Assembly: GCA_963803145.1 (NCBI GenBank) | Contig: CAWDLW010000008.1 | Span: 256,001-320,000 of the forward strand | Length of the DNA: 64,000 bases | From: Methanotrichaceae archaeon | GTDB lineage: Archaea > Halobacteriota > Methanosarcinia > Methanotrichales > Methanotrichaceae | Direction of reading: 5' to 3' | Shown here: piece after piece, positions 1-13,145 of the stretch | Numbering within the stretch: the stretch's first letter is position 1 | Layout: every line of letters begins with the position of its first letter | Translations under genes and position numbers: made by a program | Notes under the pieces: generated by a model | Seen by the model: only the letters and a program-made list of their open reading frames with translations | Databases searched by the model: none | Told to the model about the DNA's origin: nothing

Positions 1-1
1 A

Positions 2-1210
2 TGTATTGGGCTGTCCGGTCTCGAAACGTGGCTTGATGAAAAAGGCAGCGACCCTGATGCCGATAAGAGGCTAAAGGGCATTTATACCCAAATAGAAAAA
101 GTGGCCGGAGATCTGGCCGAAGATGTGACGGCTCTGAATGCAGCGAGTCCAGATAAGGAAGCTCCTCCCAGGCTTCAAAAGGCAGGTCTCGCAGCAAGAG
201 ATGCAGTTGCCAGCCAGATAAATACTCTCTCTGGAAAGCTAACCCCGCCCGAGGAATTTGAAGCAGCAAATGCAGCCGAATATCACTCGAGCCTTGTCAA
301 AACATTAGGAAAGACTGTTACGATGTTTGGGCGATCTCAGCAGTTTGTCGCAGCCCTCTTTCCTAAAGAGGCAGAAAGCATCAATGCGAGACTTAACACG
401 CTAAGCCATCTGATTGTTGAACTCGATAAGGAGATAGGCAAAAGGCGTGAAATTGTAGACGAGGTCAAGACGTCCAAAGAACTCCTGCAAAGGCTCCGAA
501 AGGAGTGCGCAAAAATAAACGATCTCAACAGCAGTATTCGCAGCAAGGAAGAAACGCTCGCAGAACTTCGGGATTCAGCCAGGCATCTTCAGGAAGAGCT
601 GGAAATGCTGGCATCTAGCGACGAAGGTCGAGAAGCCCAGAACCTAAAGACGGAGCTAAGCGAAAGTAGAAATGAGCTAAGCCGGATAGAAGCACAAATG
701 GCGGATTTGATTGCTCCTCTGAATAAGGCGATAGCCAGGATAGTGAAGCAAGATGCAAGCGATAGGCTTAGTCTCGATCATAGGAAGGCTTTCGAGCTGC
801 TGTCTAAATCGCCGGCAGAGGCTCTGGATAATGATATCACTGAGCCACTCCGGGAGCTGAAATCCAAAATTGACCTTCTTGGGATAAAGGACAAAAAACG
901 AGAGAAAATCGCTGAGCAAATCGATTGCCTTATCAGAGAGAAGCCGCTTGTTGCTCTCAAGGCAAAGCACTCTCTAGTCCAAAAGCAGATAAACAATTTG
1001 CAGGAAATGCTTCAAAAAAGCAGCCTGAAGACTTTTAAGCTTGAAGAGGAACAGAGGCGGATAAACGATCAGATCTCCAGGTTTGAAGCCGATCTTGCCC
1101 AGGAGAAGGGACACCTCGTAGCTTTGGAGGAGCGAGCCGCCGGAGATAAAGCCGAACTACTCGCAAAGATGGAAGAGCTGGCTGGCAGACCCGTTGAGAT
1201 TGATTTTTGA
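2..1210 (+). CDS. Long coiled-coil hypothetical protein (5'-partial)
   Basis: Frame is open from base 2 to the stop at 1210; E/K/L-rich heptad pattern; no catalytic motif recognised. Confidence 0.6.
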   Translation, partial: CIGLSGLETWLDEKGSDPDADKRLKGIYTQIEKVAGDLAEDVTALNAASPDKEAPPRLQKAGLAARDAVASQINTLSGKLTPPEEFEAANAAEYHSSLVKTLGKTVTMFGRSQQFVAALFPKEAESINARLNTLSHLIVELDKEIGKRREIVDEVKTSKELLQRLRKECAKINDLNSSIRSKEETLAELRDSARHLQEELEMLASSDEGREAQNLKTELSESRNELSRIEAQMADLIAPLNKAIARIVKQDASDRLSLDHRKAFELLSKSPAEALDNDITEPLRELKSKIDLLGIKDKKREKIAEQIDCLIREKPLVALKAKHSLVQKQINNLQEMLQKSSLKTFKLEEEQRRINDQISRFEADLAQEKGHLVALEERAAGDKAELLAKMEELAGRPVEIDF

Positions 1211-1228
1211 AGGAACCTTGAGGAACTA

Positions 1229-2059
1229 ATGCAGGTAAATCTGGGCGGAATTGTACACCTATCGACTGTCGACTGGCCAGGGAGAGCAGCGATGGTTATC
1301 TTCTTAAGGGGCTGTCCGCTTGCCTGTTCTCACTGCCATAACCGCGAGCTACAGATGGGAGAGACATTTGTCGAGCTATCCAAAGTTCTTGGCCATATCA
1401 AGGTTATAAAAGAGATCGAGCATATCGCAGATCAGCTGACCCTTGAAGAAGCCATCAGTATGACAGAGGCTGAACCATTTCTAAGTGCACTTGTGCTATC
1501 GGGTGGTGAGCCTTTGATGCAGTCTAATGCAGTAGCTGCTCTCGCGAACCTGGCAAGGGGCCTCGGCATGAATGTAGGTATAGAGACCTGCGGCTACTAT
1601 TATGATCACCTGCAGGGGATTTTGAACAAAGGCTTGGCCGATAGGATTTTCCTCGATATCAAAGCGCCTTTGAGGGAGCCAGAGTACCTTGCAGTAACAG
1701 GCAAAAAGGGCTCAGCCTTACGAGCCTTGAAGAGCCTCAAGATATGCATAAAGTCAGAAGTTCCTTTTGAGGTCAGGACAACGGTTTTTCCTGAAACGCA
1801 ATCCTTACGTGTGCAGGATATTGCAACTACATTGTCGGATCTGTTGGTTAAGTCCCCTGAAAATCAGTTTGATGCGCTTGTGCTCCAGCAGGGCCAACCA
1901 AGAGACCGGGAGTTTGAGCCTGTATCATTGGAGAGCTTAAAAACGCTTGCAGAATCGATTGGAGATTTGAGAGTCGAGGTAAGGGCTGCATCACTCGCGA
2001 AGGTTAATAAGGCAGATAATTCAGAGATTCCCAAGCCGACGGATGTGAGGACGGATTGA
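1229..2059 (+). CDS. Radical SAM protein, anaerobic ribonucleotide reductase activase (NrdG-like)
   Basis: STVDWPG..IFLRGCPLACSHCHN (CxxxCxxC), SGGEP, DIKAP and EVRTT motifs. Confidence 0.85.
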   Translation: MQVNLGGIVHLSTVDWPGRAAMVIFLRGCPLACSHCHNRELQMGETFVELSKVLGHIKVIKEIEHIADQLTLEEAISMTEAEPFLSALVLSGGEPLMQSNAVAALANLARGLGMNVGIETCGYYYDHLQGILNKGLADRIFLDIKAPLREPEYLAVTGKKGSALRALKSLKICIKSEVPFEVRTTVFPETQSLRVQDIATTLSDLLVKSPENQFDALVLQQGQPRDREFEPVSLESLKTLAESIGDLRVEVRAASLAKVNKADNSEIPKPTDVRTD

Positions 2060-2637
2060 AGATCATCGGATTTGTGGGCATGCCCGGCTCAGGCAAGGGT
2101 GAAGCTTCAGATGTGGCACGCAGCATGGGTCTTGTGGTAGTAGTAATGGGAGATATTATCCGCCTGGAGGCCGCTCGCCAGGGCCTTGAATTGACTGATG
2201 AGAACCTCGGAAAGGTCGGCAACCTGCTCAGATCCCAAGAAGGACCGGAGGCCGTTGCCAGAAGGACGCTGGATATAGCAGAGTCGTCCGGAAAGGATCT
2301 CGTAGTAGTAGACGGCATTAGAAGCAAGGCCGAGGTCGATTTCTTCAGAGAGCATGCTGAGGACTTTCACCTGATCGAGGTCTGGACCCCTCCTTATGCA
2401 AGATTAAATAGGGTAATAGCGCGTGGGCGATCTGATGATGCAGACGACGGCGGCATTGTTCTTCAAAAAAGAGACTGCAGGGAGCTTGGATGGGGAATGA
2501 ATGAAGCCATTTCGCAGGCTGATCTCAGGCTTAAGAACGATGGCGATCTTAAGATTTTTAAGGGATCTGTACAAAAGTTATTGGAAGATATTATATCCTG
2601 CAGCGCCGTTAATTTCAAAGAGCAATCTAAATCATGA
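2056..2637 (+). CDS. P-loop kinase, archaeal UPF0200/CoaE-like
   Basis: N-terminal GMPGSGKG Walker A, VDGIRS, RGRSDD, RELGWG. Confidence 0.75.
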   Translation: MKIIGFVGMPGSGKGEASDVARSMGLVVVVMGDIIRLEAARQGLELTDENLGKVGNLLRSQEGPEAVARRTLDIAESSGKDLVVVDGIRSKAEVDFFREHAEDFHLIEVWTPPYARLNRVIARGRSDDADDGGIVLQKRDCRELGWGMNEAISQADLRLKNDGDLKIFKGSVQKLLEDIISCSAVNFKEQSKS

Positions 2638-2754
2638 GGCCATATATCGCTCATCCATCAAGGGGTGCAGGACTTATAAAATTTTAAATAGGTTTAGAGC
2701 CTAGTATCTCTTATCCTAAATAACGTTCAATATAATACTGAGAGAGGAAAAAAC

Positions 2755-3000
2755 ATGGAGGCGGATAAGATTCAGCAGTTTAAGGACAAGCTTGCCCTTG
2801 ATGAGATTGGGAATATGGAGATAACCTTGCCCTCAACGAATTTAGAGGAATATATGAGAGTTTTGAAGCTCGCAAGAAAGCCCGACTATGAGGAGTTCAT
2901 CAATATATCTCAAATCTCAATGGCTGGAATTGGCATCATCGGCGTAATAGGCTTTCTTTTATACGCCCTGCTGACGGAGCTTCCAAAAACTCTTAGATAA
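2755..3000 (+). CDS. secE: Protein translocase SecE / Sec61 gamma
   Basis: EYMRVLKLARKPDYEEF followed by a GIGIIGVIGFLLY transmembrane helix. Confidence 0.85.
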   Translation: MEADKIQQFKDKLALDEIGNMEITLPSTNLEEYMRVLKLARKPDYEEFINISQISMAGIGIIGVIGFLLYALLTELPKTLR

Positions 3001-3073
3001 TGATCTTTAGATCTATCCCTTTGAAGTGGTTGCCGGTAGGATTTGGTTCCAAGCAATCCACCGCAAGATTTAT

Positions 3074-3102
3074 CTAACCCGAAGTTACTAACATAAAGTT
3101 TA
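3074..3102. promoter_or_regulatory. Two overlapping CTAAC-N5-GTTAG-like heat-shock repressor operators
   Basis: CTAAC-CCGAA-GTTAC (3074-3088) and CTAAC-ATAAA-GTTTA (3088-3102) directly upstream of an HSR1/Phr-like repressor and cdc48. Confidence 0.6.
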
Positions 3103-3106
3103 TTGA

Positions 3107-5925
<2,819 letters not shown>

Positions 5926-5932
5926 TAGGGCC

Positions 5933-7933
5933 TTGACAAAATCAGAACAGGAGCTAAAGTACAATTTAAAGCATCAGCTATATGAGTCAGGAAAGCCAAA
6001 TGAAGATAAGAGGGCCGAAGACTTGACTATAGAAGATGAATCCAAAGAGCTGCTTGGCGATATTGATTTTAAGGATACGAGCAGCGTTAAAGTGCCTGAG
6101 AATCTTATCGATCAGGTGATCGGCCAGGATGAATCTGTTGAGGTTATAAAAAAGGCGGCCCGCCAAAGACGCCATGTCATGCTCATCGGATCTCCGGGAA
6201 CTGGTAAATCCATGCTCGGAAAAGCGATGGCAGAGCTGCTTCCAGTGGAAGAGCTGCAGGATGTTCTTGTTTACCATAATCCAGAGGATAACAACATTCC
6301 GCGTGTCAGGGTAGTGCCCGCCGGAAGAGGCAAGCAGATAGTCGATGCCCAGAAGATGGAGGCCAGGAAGAAGACGCAGACGCGCAACATGTTCTTCATG
6401 TTGATTGTGATGGCCTTGTTAGTCTACGCATATTACACGGGCCAGCTGCTCTTCGGCATAATAGCAGCAGCTCTTATATTTTTATCAATGCGCTATATGC
6501 TGCCTAAAGAGGATGCCATTGTTCCAAAGCTGCTTGTAGACAACAACGGCAAGAAAAAGGCTCCATATGTCGATGCAACGGGGGCACATGCAGGAGCACT
6601 ATTGGGCGATGTCAGGCATGATCCATTCCAGTCTGGCGGCCTTGAGACGCCTTCGCACGAAAGGGTTGAATCCGGTGCAATTCACAGAGCCCATAAAGGC
6701 GTCCTGTTTATAGATGAGGTCAATACGCTGAGGCTTGAGTCACAGCAGAGCCTGCTCACTGCCCTTCAAGAGGGAGAGTACCAGATCACAGGCCAAAGCG
6801 AGCGCTCCTCCGGCGCATTAGTAAGAACAGAGCCTGTTCCGTGCAGCTTCATTATGATTATCGCTGGAAACCTGGATGCAGTCCAGGGTATGCATCCTGC
6901 GCTCAGGTCGCGTATCAAAGGATATGGATACGAGGTCTATATGCGGGATACAATGGACGATACGCTCGAAAACCGCAACAAGCTCATAAGGTTCGTTGCC
7001 CAAGAGGTAGTCCGAGACGGAAAGATACCTCACTTCACTCACGATGCAGTAGCTGAGATTATGCGTGAGGCCAAGAGAAGAGCTGGCAGGAAAGGCCATC
7101 TGACGCTTATGCTCCGCGATCTGGGCGGTCTGATAAGAGTTTCCGGAGATATTGCTCGAGCAGAGGGAACATCCCTCACAGAGGTTAGCCATGTCCTGCA
7201 GGCCAAGAAGATGGCAAGATCTGTTGAGCAGCAGCTGGCAGACCGCTACCTCGAGAGGCGCAAGGATTACAGCATGTTCCACTCCACCGGCGATGAGATC
7301 GGGAGAGTCAACGGCCTGGCTGTCATGGGAGATTCAGGAATTGTCCTGCCGATCATGGCCGAGGTAACTCCTGCCCAGTCCAAAGAAGAGGGCAAGGTCA
7401 TAGCAACAGGCAAGCTGCAGGAGATCGCCAAGGAGGCGGTGACAAACGTTTCCGCCCTGATCAAGAAGTTCATGGGAGAGGACATCACAAGCAAGGATGT
7501 CCATATTCAGTTCATTGGAACCTACGAGGGCGTGGAAGGAGACAGCGCATCTATATCAATAGCAACAGCAGTGATCTCTGCTCTCGAGGGCGTTCCAGTC
7601 AGGCAAACAGTTGCAATGACGGGCTCTCTGTCAGTCCGCGGCGACGTCCTGCCTGTCGGCGGTGTGACCCAGAAGATTGAGGCAGCAGTGCAGGCGGGCA
7701 TTGGGACGGTGCTTATACCCAGATCGAACCTTGGCGATGTATTGATAGATGAATCCTTCAAGGATAAGGTGAAGATCATACCAGTCTCAACAATCGGCGA
7801 GGTATTCGAGTATGCAATGGTCGGCCAAAGGACGAGGCTGATCGAGAAGCTCAAGAAGTTCGCTGCCGAGAAGGCGATAGGCATAAGTCTTCCTGAACCT
7901 ATCACTTCTCCTTCAGGAGCCTTTGATATCTGA
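5933..7933 (+). CDS. lonB: Archaeal membrane ATP-dependent protease LonB
   Basis: GSPGTGKS, TM insertion, VRHDPFQSGG, catalytic GDSAS and PVGGVTQK. Confidence 0.95.
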   Translation: MTKSEQELKYNLKHQLYESGKPNEDKRAEDLTIEDESKELLGDIDFKDTSSVKVPENLIDQVIGQDESVEVIKKAARQRRHVMLIGSPGTGKSMLGKAMAELLPVEELQDVLVYHNPEDNNIPRVRVVPAGRGKQIVDAQKMEARKKTQTRNMFFMLIVMALLVYAYYTGQLLFGIIAAALIFLSMRYMLPKEDAIVPKLLVDNNGKKKAPYVDATGAHAGALLGDVRHDPFQSGGLETPSHERVESGAIHRAHKGVLFIDEVNTLRLESQQSLLTALQEGEYQITGQSERSSGALVRTEPVPCSFIMIIAGNLDAVQGMHPALRSRIKGYGYEVYMRDTMDDTLENRNKLIRFVAQEVVRDGKIPHFTHDAVAEIMREAKRRAGRKGHLTLMLRDLGGLIRVSGDIARAEGTSLTEVSHVLQAKKMARSVEQQLADRYLERRKDYSMFHSTGDEIGRVNGLAVMGDSGIVLPIMAEVTPAQSKEEGKVIATGKLQEIAKEAVTNVSALIKKFMGEDITSKDVHIQFIGTYEGVEGDSASISIATAVISALEGVPVRQTVAMTGSLSVRGDVLPVGGVTQKIEAAVQAGIGTVLIPRSNLGDVLIDESFKDKVKIIPVSTIGEVFEYAMVGQRTRLIEKLKKFAAEKAIGISLPEPITSPSGAFDI

Positions 7934-9252
7934 TGTCTGACTCTGATTTCTACGATGTCCGAGTTTTAAGGGGCAGTCTGACAAGGATAATATTAGATAA
8001 CGGCAAGCTCGATGAGATCTCTGAGGCACCTTTTCAGGGAGCATCTGTGCGTGCCCTGTCAGGTGGAGCCTGGGGTTTTGTTACCACAGATAATATTGAT
8101 GGGCTGGAGAAAGAGATCGATCTTGCGAAGAGGATGGCCCGGAAGATCGGCAAAAAGGAGCTGAAGCTTGCAGAGGCTCCATCCGGACGGAGCCAAACCA
8201 TTCCAGTTAAGAAGGACCCTAGGGATCTCTCTCTTGAAGAGAAGGTCGAGCTTCTGAGGGAGATCGAAAACGCGGCGAAGATTAAGGGAATATCAAGTAC
8301 CCAAGCGGTCTACTCTGAGGTCGAGATAAATGCCCATTACATGAATTCAGAGAGTTTGGATCTGGACTGCGAAATAACAAGGATGGGCTATGTAATAAGT
8401 GCCGTCGCCAATCGCGACGGCCTTTACCAGGCCAGCGGCGAAGGCAGGGCAGGTATCGGCGGCCTAGAGATTTTTGATAAAGAGGATCCTATTGCCCTTG
8501 CAAAGCAGGTAGGCCAGATGGCAGTGGCTCTTTTGGATGCCGAGGCTCCGAAAGGAGGAAGCTTCCCGGTTGTTCTTGATCAGGAGCTTGCAGGTGTGTT
8601 CGCCCATGAGGCAGTGGGACATGCAACCGAGGCTGACATAATCCTGGAGGGCGGATCGTGCTTTGAGGGAATGCTGGGGCAACAAATCGGCTCAGAGCTT
8701 GTAACAGTCAAGGATGATCCAAGCATGATGCAGAACGGCTATTATCCGTTCGATGATGAGGGAAGCCTTTCTCAGGAGACTGTTCTTGTTAAAAATGGAA
8801 TCCTGAACTCGTACCTCCACTCTCGTGAGACTGCAGGGAGAATGGGCGGTGTGCCGAGAAACGCACGGGCTCAAGGAACGGACAGGCCGATTGTACGCAT
8901 GAGCAACACCTATATCGCCAACGGCGACTGGAAGCTCGACGAGATCTTCGAGGATCTTGGGGATGGGGTTTACCTGATGGGAAGCCGTGGCGGCCAGGTG
9001 AACACTGCAGAGGGCGTTTTCCAGTTCAATGCCAAGCGCGGCTATCTCGTGGAGAACGGCGAGAAGACCAAGCTGCTCAGAGACGTTTCGCTTTCAGGAA
9101 AGATTATGGAGATCCTGAAAGAAGTGAAGGCAGTTGGGAGCGACCTTAAGTTCAACTCCGGCAGATGCGGCAAAGGCGGGCAGCTCGTGCCAGTGAGCGA
9201 TGGGTCGCCACACTTGCTGATTGGGAAGGCGACGGTGGGCGGGGCAGGATAA
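7933..9252 (+). CDS. tldD: TldD/PmbA family metalloprotease (TldD type)
   Basis: HEAVGHATEAD, FDDEG, RMSNT, CGKGGQ. Confidence 0.9.
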   Translation: MSDSDFYDVRVLRGSLTRIILDNGKLDEISEAPFQGASVRALSGGAWGFVTTDNIDGLEKEIDLAKRMARKIGKKELKLAEAPSGRSQTIPVKKDPRDLSLEEKVELLREIENAAKIKGISSTQAVYSEVEINAHYMNSESLDLDCEITRMGYVISAVANRDGLYQASGEGRAGIGGLEIFDKEDPIALAKQVGQMAVALLDAEAPKGGSFPVVLDQELAGVFAHEAVGHATEADIILEGGSCFEGMLGQQIGSELVTVKDDPSMMQNGYYPFDDEGSLSQETVLVKNGILNSYLHSRETAGRMGGVPRNARAQGTDRPIVRMSNTYIANGDWKLDEIFEDLGDGVYLMGSRGGQVNTAEGVFQFNAKRGYLVENGEKTKLLRDVSLSGKIMEILKEVKAVGSDLKFNSGRCGKGGQLVPVSDGSPHLLIGKATVGGAG

Positions 9253-9371
9253 ATTAATTTTTCTTCATTTCTTAATCATCCGACAAGCGATTTCGTTCCA
9301 AATGATAGCAATATTTTTAATCTACAATTGTTTAGCAGCTTTGCAGAGAATGATTTTAAGCATAGACAGCA

Positions 9372-10547
9372 ATGACGATCTCTGTGAAAGATAAGTCCCT
9401 TGCAGTTCTGGCAGATACATATGCTTCACCTCTATTTCTGAATACATTGGTCAGAGAGGGCATACCAGCTTTTGCCCAAGGTGATAGACTTAAAGAAGAG
9501 TTCAAAAGATACCGCCGTGATCTGCTGCTACTGGATAAAGCTGATGCTTTGAATATAATCGCTCAGCCTGATAGCCAATTATTATTAAACTCTGAGATCT
9601 TCTTGCCGTGCCTGATCGATCATGGAGATTCCTCAAAGGCAGAAGCCATCAGAACCTTCAAGGACAAGCCCGAATTCAGGCAGCTTTTAAGCAAGTCTTT
9701 TCCAGATTACTTCTTCACTGAAGCCAAGGCGGATGAGCTTAAAAATATCGATCTACCTTCTGGAAGGGATTATGTAATCAAGCCGTCATCCGGCTTTTCA
9801 GGAGCAGGAGTAGCGAGGATAAAAGGCTCGAAAGATCTGCGTGAAAAGGCAGATGATCTGCTCAGCGAGGTCGGGCAAAATACGGGATCGATCAGCTCTG
9901 ATCTCCTAAGCTCAGACAGGTTTCTGATAGAAGAGCACATAAAAGGCGAAGAGATAGCATGCGATGCATATTTCAATTCTAAAGGAGAGCCGGTTATTTT
10001 AGGAATCTATGATCATCCTCTGATGGATGAAGATGATTTCAGGGATATCCTCTATTATACTAGCCCCGATTTGGTCAAAAAAATGCATCCTGGAATAGAG
10101 GATTTTCTGCGAAGGCTATCTTCACAGATGGCTGTTAAAAACTTCCCTGTACATGCCGAATTCAGACTTCAGAAAAATAGGCTCATGCCAATAGAGATCA
10201 ATCCCATGAAGTTCGGCAGCTTCAGCCTGCCGGATTTGACCTTCTTTGCCTTCATGCTGAACCCTTACAAATACTATTATAATGAACAGAAGCCCGACTG
10301 GGAGGAGTTTCTTCCTAAGGCTCAGGGCAAGATCTTCTATCGCGTGCTCAGCAGAATGAAAGCTCCACTTGCGGAGGGCGTTAAACCCGATCATGACGAA
10401 TTCGCTTCTGACTTTCCGGATCTAGTTGGCTATTGCAAGCTGGATCCAAAGAGATATCCGGCCTTCTCCATTGCCTTCGGCCGAGCCGATAATGCCGATG
10501 AGTTAAAAAGGTATCTGAAGGTCGATTTCCATGACTATATCTCATGA
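9372..10547 (+). CDS. ATP-grasp domain protein
   Basis: VIKPSSGFSGAGV, IEEHIKGEE, PIEINP. Confidence 0.8.
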   Translation: MTISVKDKSLAVLADTYASPLFLNTLVREGIPAFAQGDRLKEEFKRYRRDLLLLDKADALNIIAQPDSQLLLNSEIFLPCLIDHGDSSKAEAIRTFKDKPEFRQLLSKSFPDYFFTEAKADELKNIDLPSGRDYVIKPSSGFSGAGVARIKGSKDLREKADDLLSEVGQNTGSISSDLLSSDRFLIEEHIKGEEIACDAYFNSKGEPVILGIYDHPLMDEDDFRDILYYTSPDLVKKMHPGIEDFLRRLSSQMAVKNFPVHAEFRLQKNRLMPIEINPMKFGSFSLPDLTFFAFMLNPYKYYYNEQKPDWEEFLPKAQGKIFYRVLSRMKAPLAEGVKPDHDEFASDFPDLVGYCKLDPKRYPAFSIAFGRADNADELKRYLKVDFHDYIS

Positions 10548-10621
10548 TCTGAAATTATCATCTGAAATAATGATCTTAGGTTATTATCTGAAACAATGAT
10601 CTAAGGTTATGATCTTAACAT
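10544..10621. repeat. Six degenerate 13-bp tandem repeats (atgatct-core)
   Basis: atgatctgaaatt/atcatctgaaata/atgatcttaggtt/attatctgaaaca/atgatctaaggtt/atgatcttaacat. Confidence 0.75.
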
Positions 10622-10678
10622 TAATATTTCAAGGGAAAACTAAATAAGCCTGATGGATAATTAAGACTGGGATGTAAG

Positions 10679-11041
10679 ATGCCTGGTATAATCTTTTTTG
10701 AGGTGCCTGCTGACGATGTTGACAGGGCAAAGGGCTTCTATTCGGACATCTTCGATTGGAGGATTAACTGCAAACCGGAAAGGGATTACTGTGAGATCAA
10801 TACCAATGACAGCACCGGCATGACCTGTGGCGGCATGCTGAGGAGGGTGCATCCGGAGCAGAGAATAACAAACTATATCGATGTCCCTTCGGTTGATGAG
10901 TACTCTGAAAAAGTAGAGGAATTGGGGGGCAAGGTAATCCTTCCCAAGAAGGCTGTGCCTGCGATGGGATATTTCGCGATCTGTCAGGATACGGAAGGAA
11001 ATGCCTTCATACTCTGGGAAAGCGATGATCAGGCTCGATGA
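10679..11041 (+). CDS. VOC/glyoxalase family protein
   Basis: FFEVPADDVDRAKGFYSDIFDW, YIDVPSVD, DTEGNAF. Confidence 0.9.
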   Translation: MPGIIFFEVPADDVDRAKGFYSDIFDWRINCKPERDYCEINTNDSTGMTCGGMLRRVHPEQRITNYIDVPSVDEYSEKVEELGGKVILPKKAVPAMGYFAICQDTEGNAFILWESDDQAR

Positions 11042-11181
11042 GCGACAATTTATTTTTCAATTAAAAAATAGTGCTATTTGAGAATATAATATAGTGATTT
11101 TAGTATGTATTTAAAAAGCATTTTGTAAGTTAACGCTAAATATGTAAACGTTATAGAACAGGTAGTAAGAAAATCTCAGTA

Positions 11182-11859
11182 TTGGGGAGGATTATGAAGA
11201 TGAAGTTAAGCCTAAGAATCGCACTCTGCTTGTTGATTATGAGTATTGGTGCGATCTTCGTTTCTTCCGCTGAACTGCAGAATAGCGGTATATCTAAGGG
11301 TAAACTATTGTACGAAGATAATTTTTCGAGCAGCAAATTTGGCGCATTTGTAGGAGGACAGCAAGACAATAATGTTAGCGTTTATTTTGGAGACGGAAGA
11401 TATCACATTGAAGTAGTGCCACTCGATATGAGTTATACAGCATCTTACGGTTCAGAATATAATAATACCATTTTTGAGGTCGAGGCTACGCAGGAATCAG
11501 GTCCTGATGATAACTTCTATGGCGTCGCATTTAGGAAGGTTGACTGGAATAACTACTACCAATTCCTTATTTCCGGGGATGGCTATTATCGGATTGAGAA
11601 GAAACAAGACAGTAAGTGGGTCTTCGCAACACCTTGGAAAAAGTCTAGCGCAATTCATACGGGTAGTGTCACCAATATAATAGATACCGTATGCAATGGA
11701 GAGAAGTTCTCCTTCTATGTGAATAATATTAAGGTGGATGATTATACCGATAGCAGCTTTGGATCTGGTATGATTGGCTTTGTAGCTGGATCTGAGTATT
11801 CCAAGGGTCCTGTTATAATAGGCTTTGATAACCTGAAGATCTGGCAGATTGCCCAATGA
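11182..11859 (+). CDS. Secreted beta-sandwich (DUF1080/LamG-like) protein
   Basis: Signal peptide, LLYEDNF, YGVAFR, FYVN..GMIG..FDNLKIW. Confidence 0.6.
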   Translation: MGRIMKMKLSLRIALCLLIMSIGAIFVSSAELQNSGISKGKLLYEDNFSSSKFGAFVGGQQDNNVSVYFGDGRYHIEVVPLDMSYTASYGSEYNNTIFEVEATQESGPDDNFYGVAFRKVDWNNYYQFLISGDGYYRIEKKQDSKWVFATPWKKSSAIHTGSVTNIIDTVCNGEKFSFYVNNIKVDDYTDSSFGSGMIGFVAGSEYSKGPVIIGFDNLKIWQIAQ

Positions 11860-11952
11860 TAGATATTTCCAGATGCAGATGATGGTTATTCAAGTGGTAC
11901 AATGCGAGAGGCAGCAAAGAAAATCCTTCTCAGTAATCCTGCCTTCTCGCTA

Positions 11953-12210
11953 TCATTCTTTCAATTTAGATCTAAGTTTTTTTAGCGCTTCTATCTCAAT
12001 GCCGATTTCCATCCAGGCCCAGGCCCAGATCACAGCTTCAAAGGCCCTTATCAAATCTCCCTTCTCAAGAAAATATTTAGAATCGGATATATAAGCCGAT
12101 ATATTATCTATAAACTGCTCCTTCCCCGATACCTCTGAGAATAAATTCTCTGCCCTTTCTAACCATTTCAGCGTCTCTGCTCGCAGATCTATCTCCAGAT
12201 TACTGCTCAT
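11953..12210 (-). CDS. DUF357 domain protein
   Basis: AYISDSKYFLEKGDLIRAFEAVIWAWAW. Confidence 0.85.
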   Translation of the reverse strand: MSSNLEIDLRAETLKWLERAENLFSEVSGKEQFIDNISAYISDSKYFLEKGDLIRAFEAVIWAWAWMEIGIEIEALKKLRSKLKE

Positions 12211-12229
12211 TCTATCTTCTCATACTGCT

Positions 12230-12850
12230 TTATACAGCCTTACCTGAGCTTGTGGCGTTATGAGCAGGGGATGACTCAATCACTTTTGTCACGCGCTTCT
12301 CATCAACCTCAACCTGAACCATCGTCTTGACATCATAGCCCTCAGCCTTGAGCCTCTTCACTCCCTCGCCTCGCTCTATCACAGTTACGATGTCCATTAC
12401 CTCTGCACCAGCTGCCTTAAGTGACTGAAGCGTTGCCAGAAGGGTTCCGCCTGTGCTGATAACATCATCAACGACTATTACTCGATCGCCTTTCTTAATT
12501 CCGTTCAGGAAGAGCTGAGATTTGGAATAGCCTGTGACCTGGGCGACCTCAATCTCTCCAGGCAGTCCATACTTTCTTTTCCTGATTATCACCAGGGGTA
12601 TATCGGTTATGATTGATAGGGCTATGCCTATGGGAATGCCCATTGCCTCGATGGTTACAATCTTATCTACATCAAGGCAGGCTATCCTGATAATATGGCT
12701 GACAACCTCCCTAATGAGATCCGGCTTTACCTCGGGAACTCCATCGGTAATGGGATGAATAAAGTAGTTGTATTCGCCTCTCTTGAATATGGGCGCTTCC
12801 AGCAGCGAGCTTTTTAGCCTATCAAGCAAATTCTTTGCCTCCTTAGCCAT
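12230..12850 (-). CDS. hpt: Archaeal hypoxanthine/guanine phosphoribosyltransferase
   Basis: [40 protein letters not shown]; ATG at 12850 preferred over 12940. Confidence 0.9.
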   Translation of the reverse strand: MAKEAKNLLDRLKSSLLEAPIFKRGEYNYFIHPITDGVPEVKPDLIREVVSHIIRIACLDVDKIVTIEAMGIPIGIALSIITDIPLVIIRKRKYGLPGEIEVAQVTGYSKSQLFLNGIKKGDRVIVVDDVISTGGTLLATLQSLKAAGAEVMDIVTVIERGEGVKRLKAEGYDVKTMVQVEVDEKRVTKVIESSPAHNATSSGKAV

Positions 12851-13093
12851 TCTACACTGGATATCTTGAACCTTAAAGGTATTGGCCTTTGTCAAGCAAT
12901 AGGCATGAGCGTCGGCACGATTGTGCTGCATACTTTTCAAGCAAATCTAAGAGTTTTATAAATTCTGCAATCGATATTGTTAAAGGCATTGCTTCTGGCG
13001 TTTTCAGAGGCAGAGCAATTTGGATTTTTCAATAACAATGCTCCCAAGCTTTTTCAGGGGCAATGTTTTTAGGTTTCCTTAATTAAAGAAGAC

Positions 13094-13123
13094 AAGGTTA
13101 AAGGTAAAGGTAAAGGTAATGGT
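13094..13123. repeat. Short AAAGGT hexamer tandem repeat upstream of gatD
   Basis: aaggttaaaggtaaaggtaaaggtaatggt. Confidence 0.5.
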
Positions 13124-13145
13124 CATCTAGACCTGGTGGTTGTAA

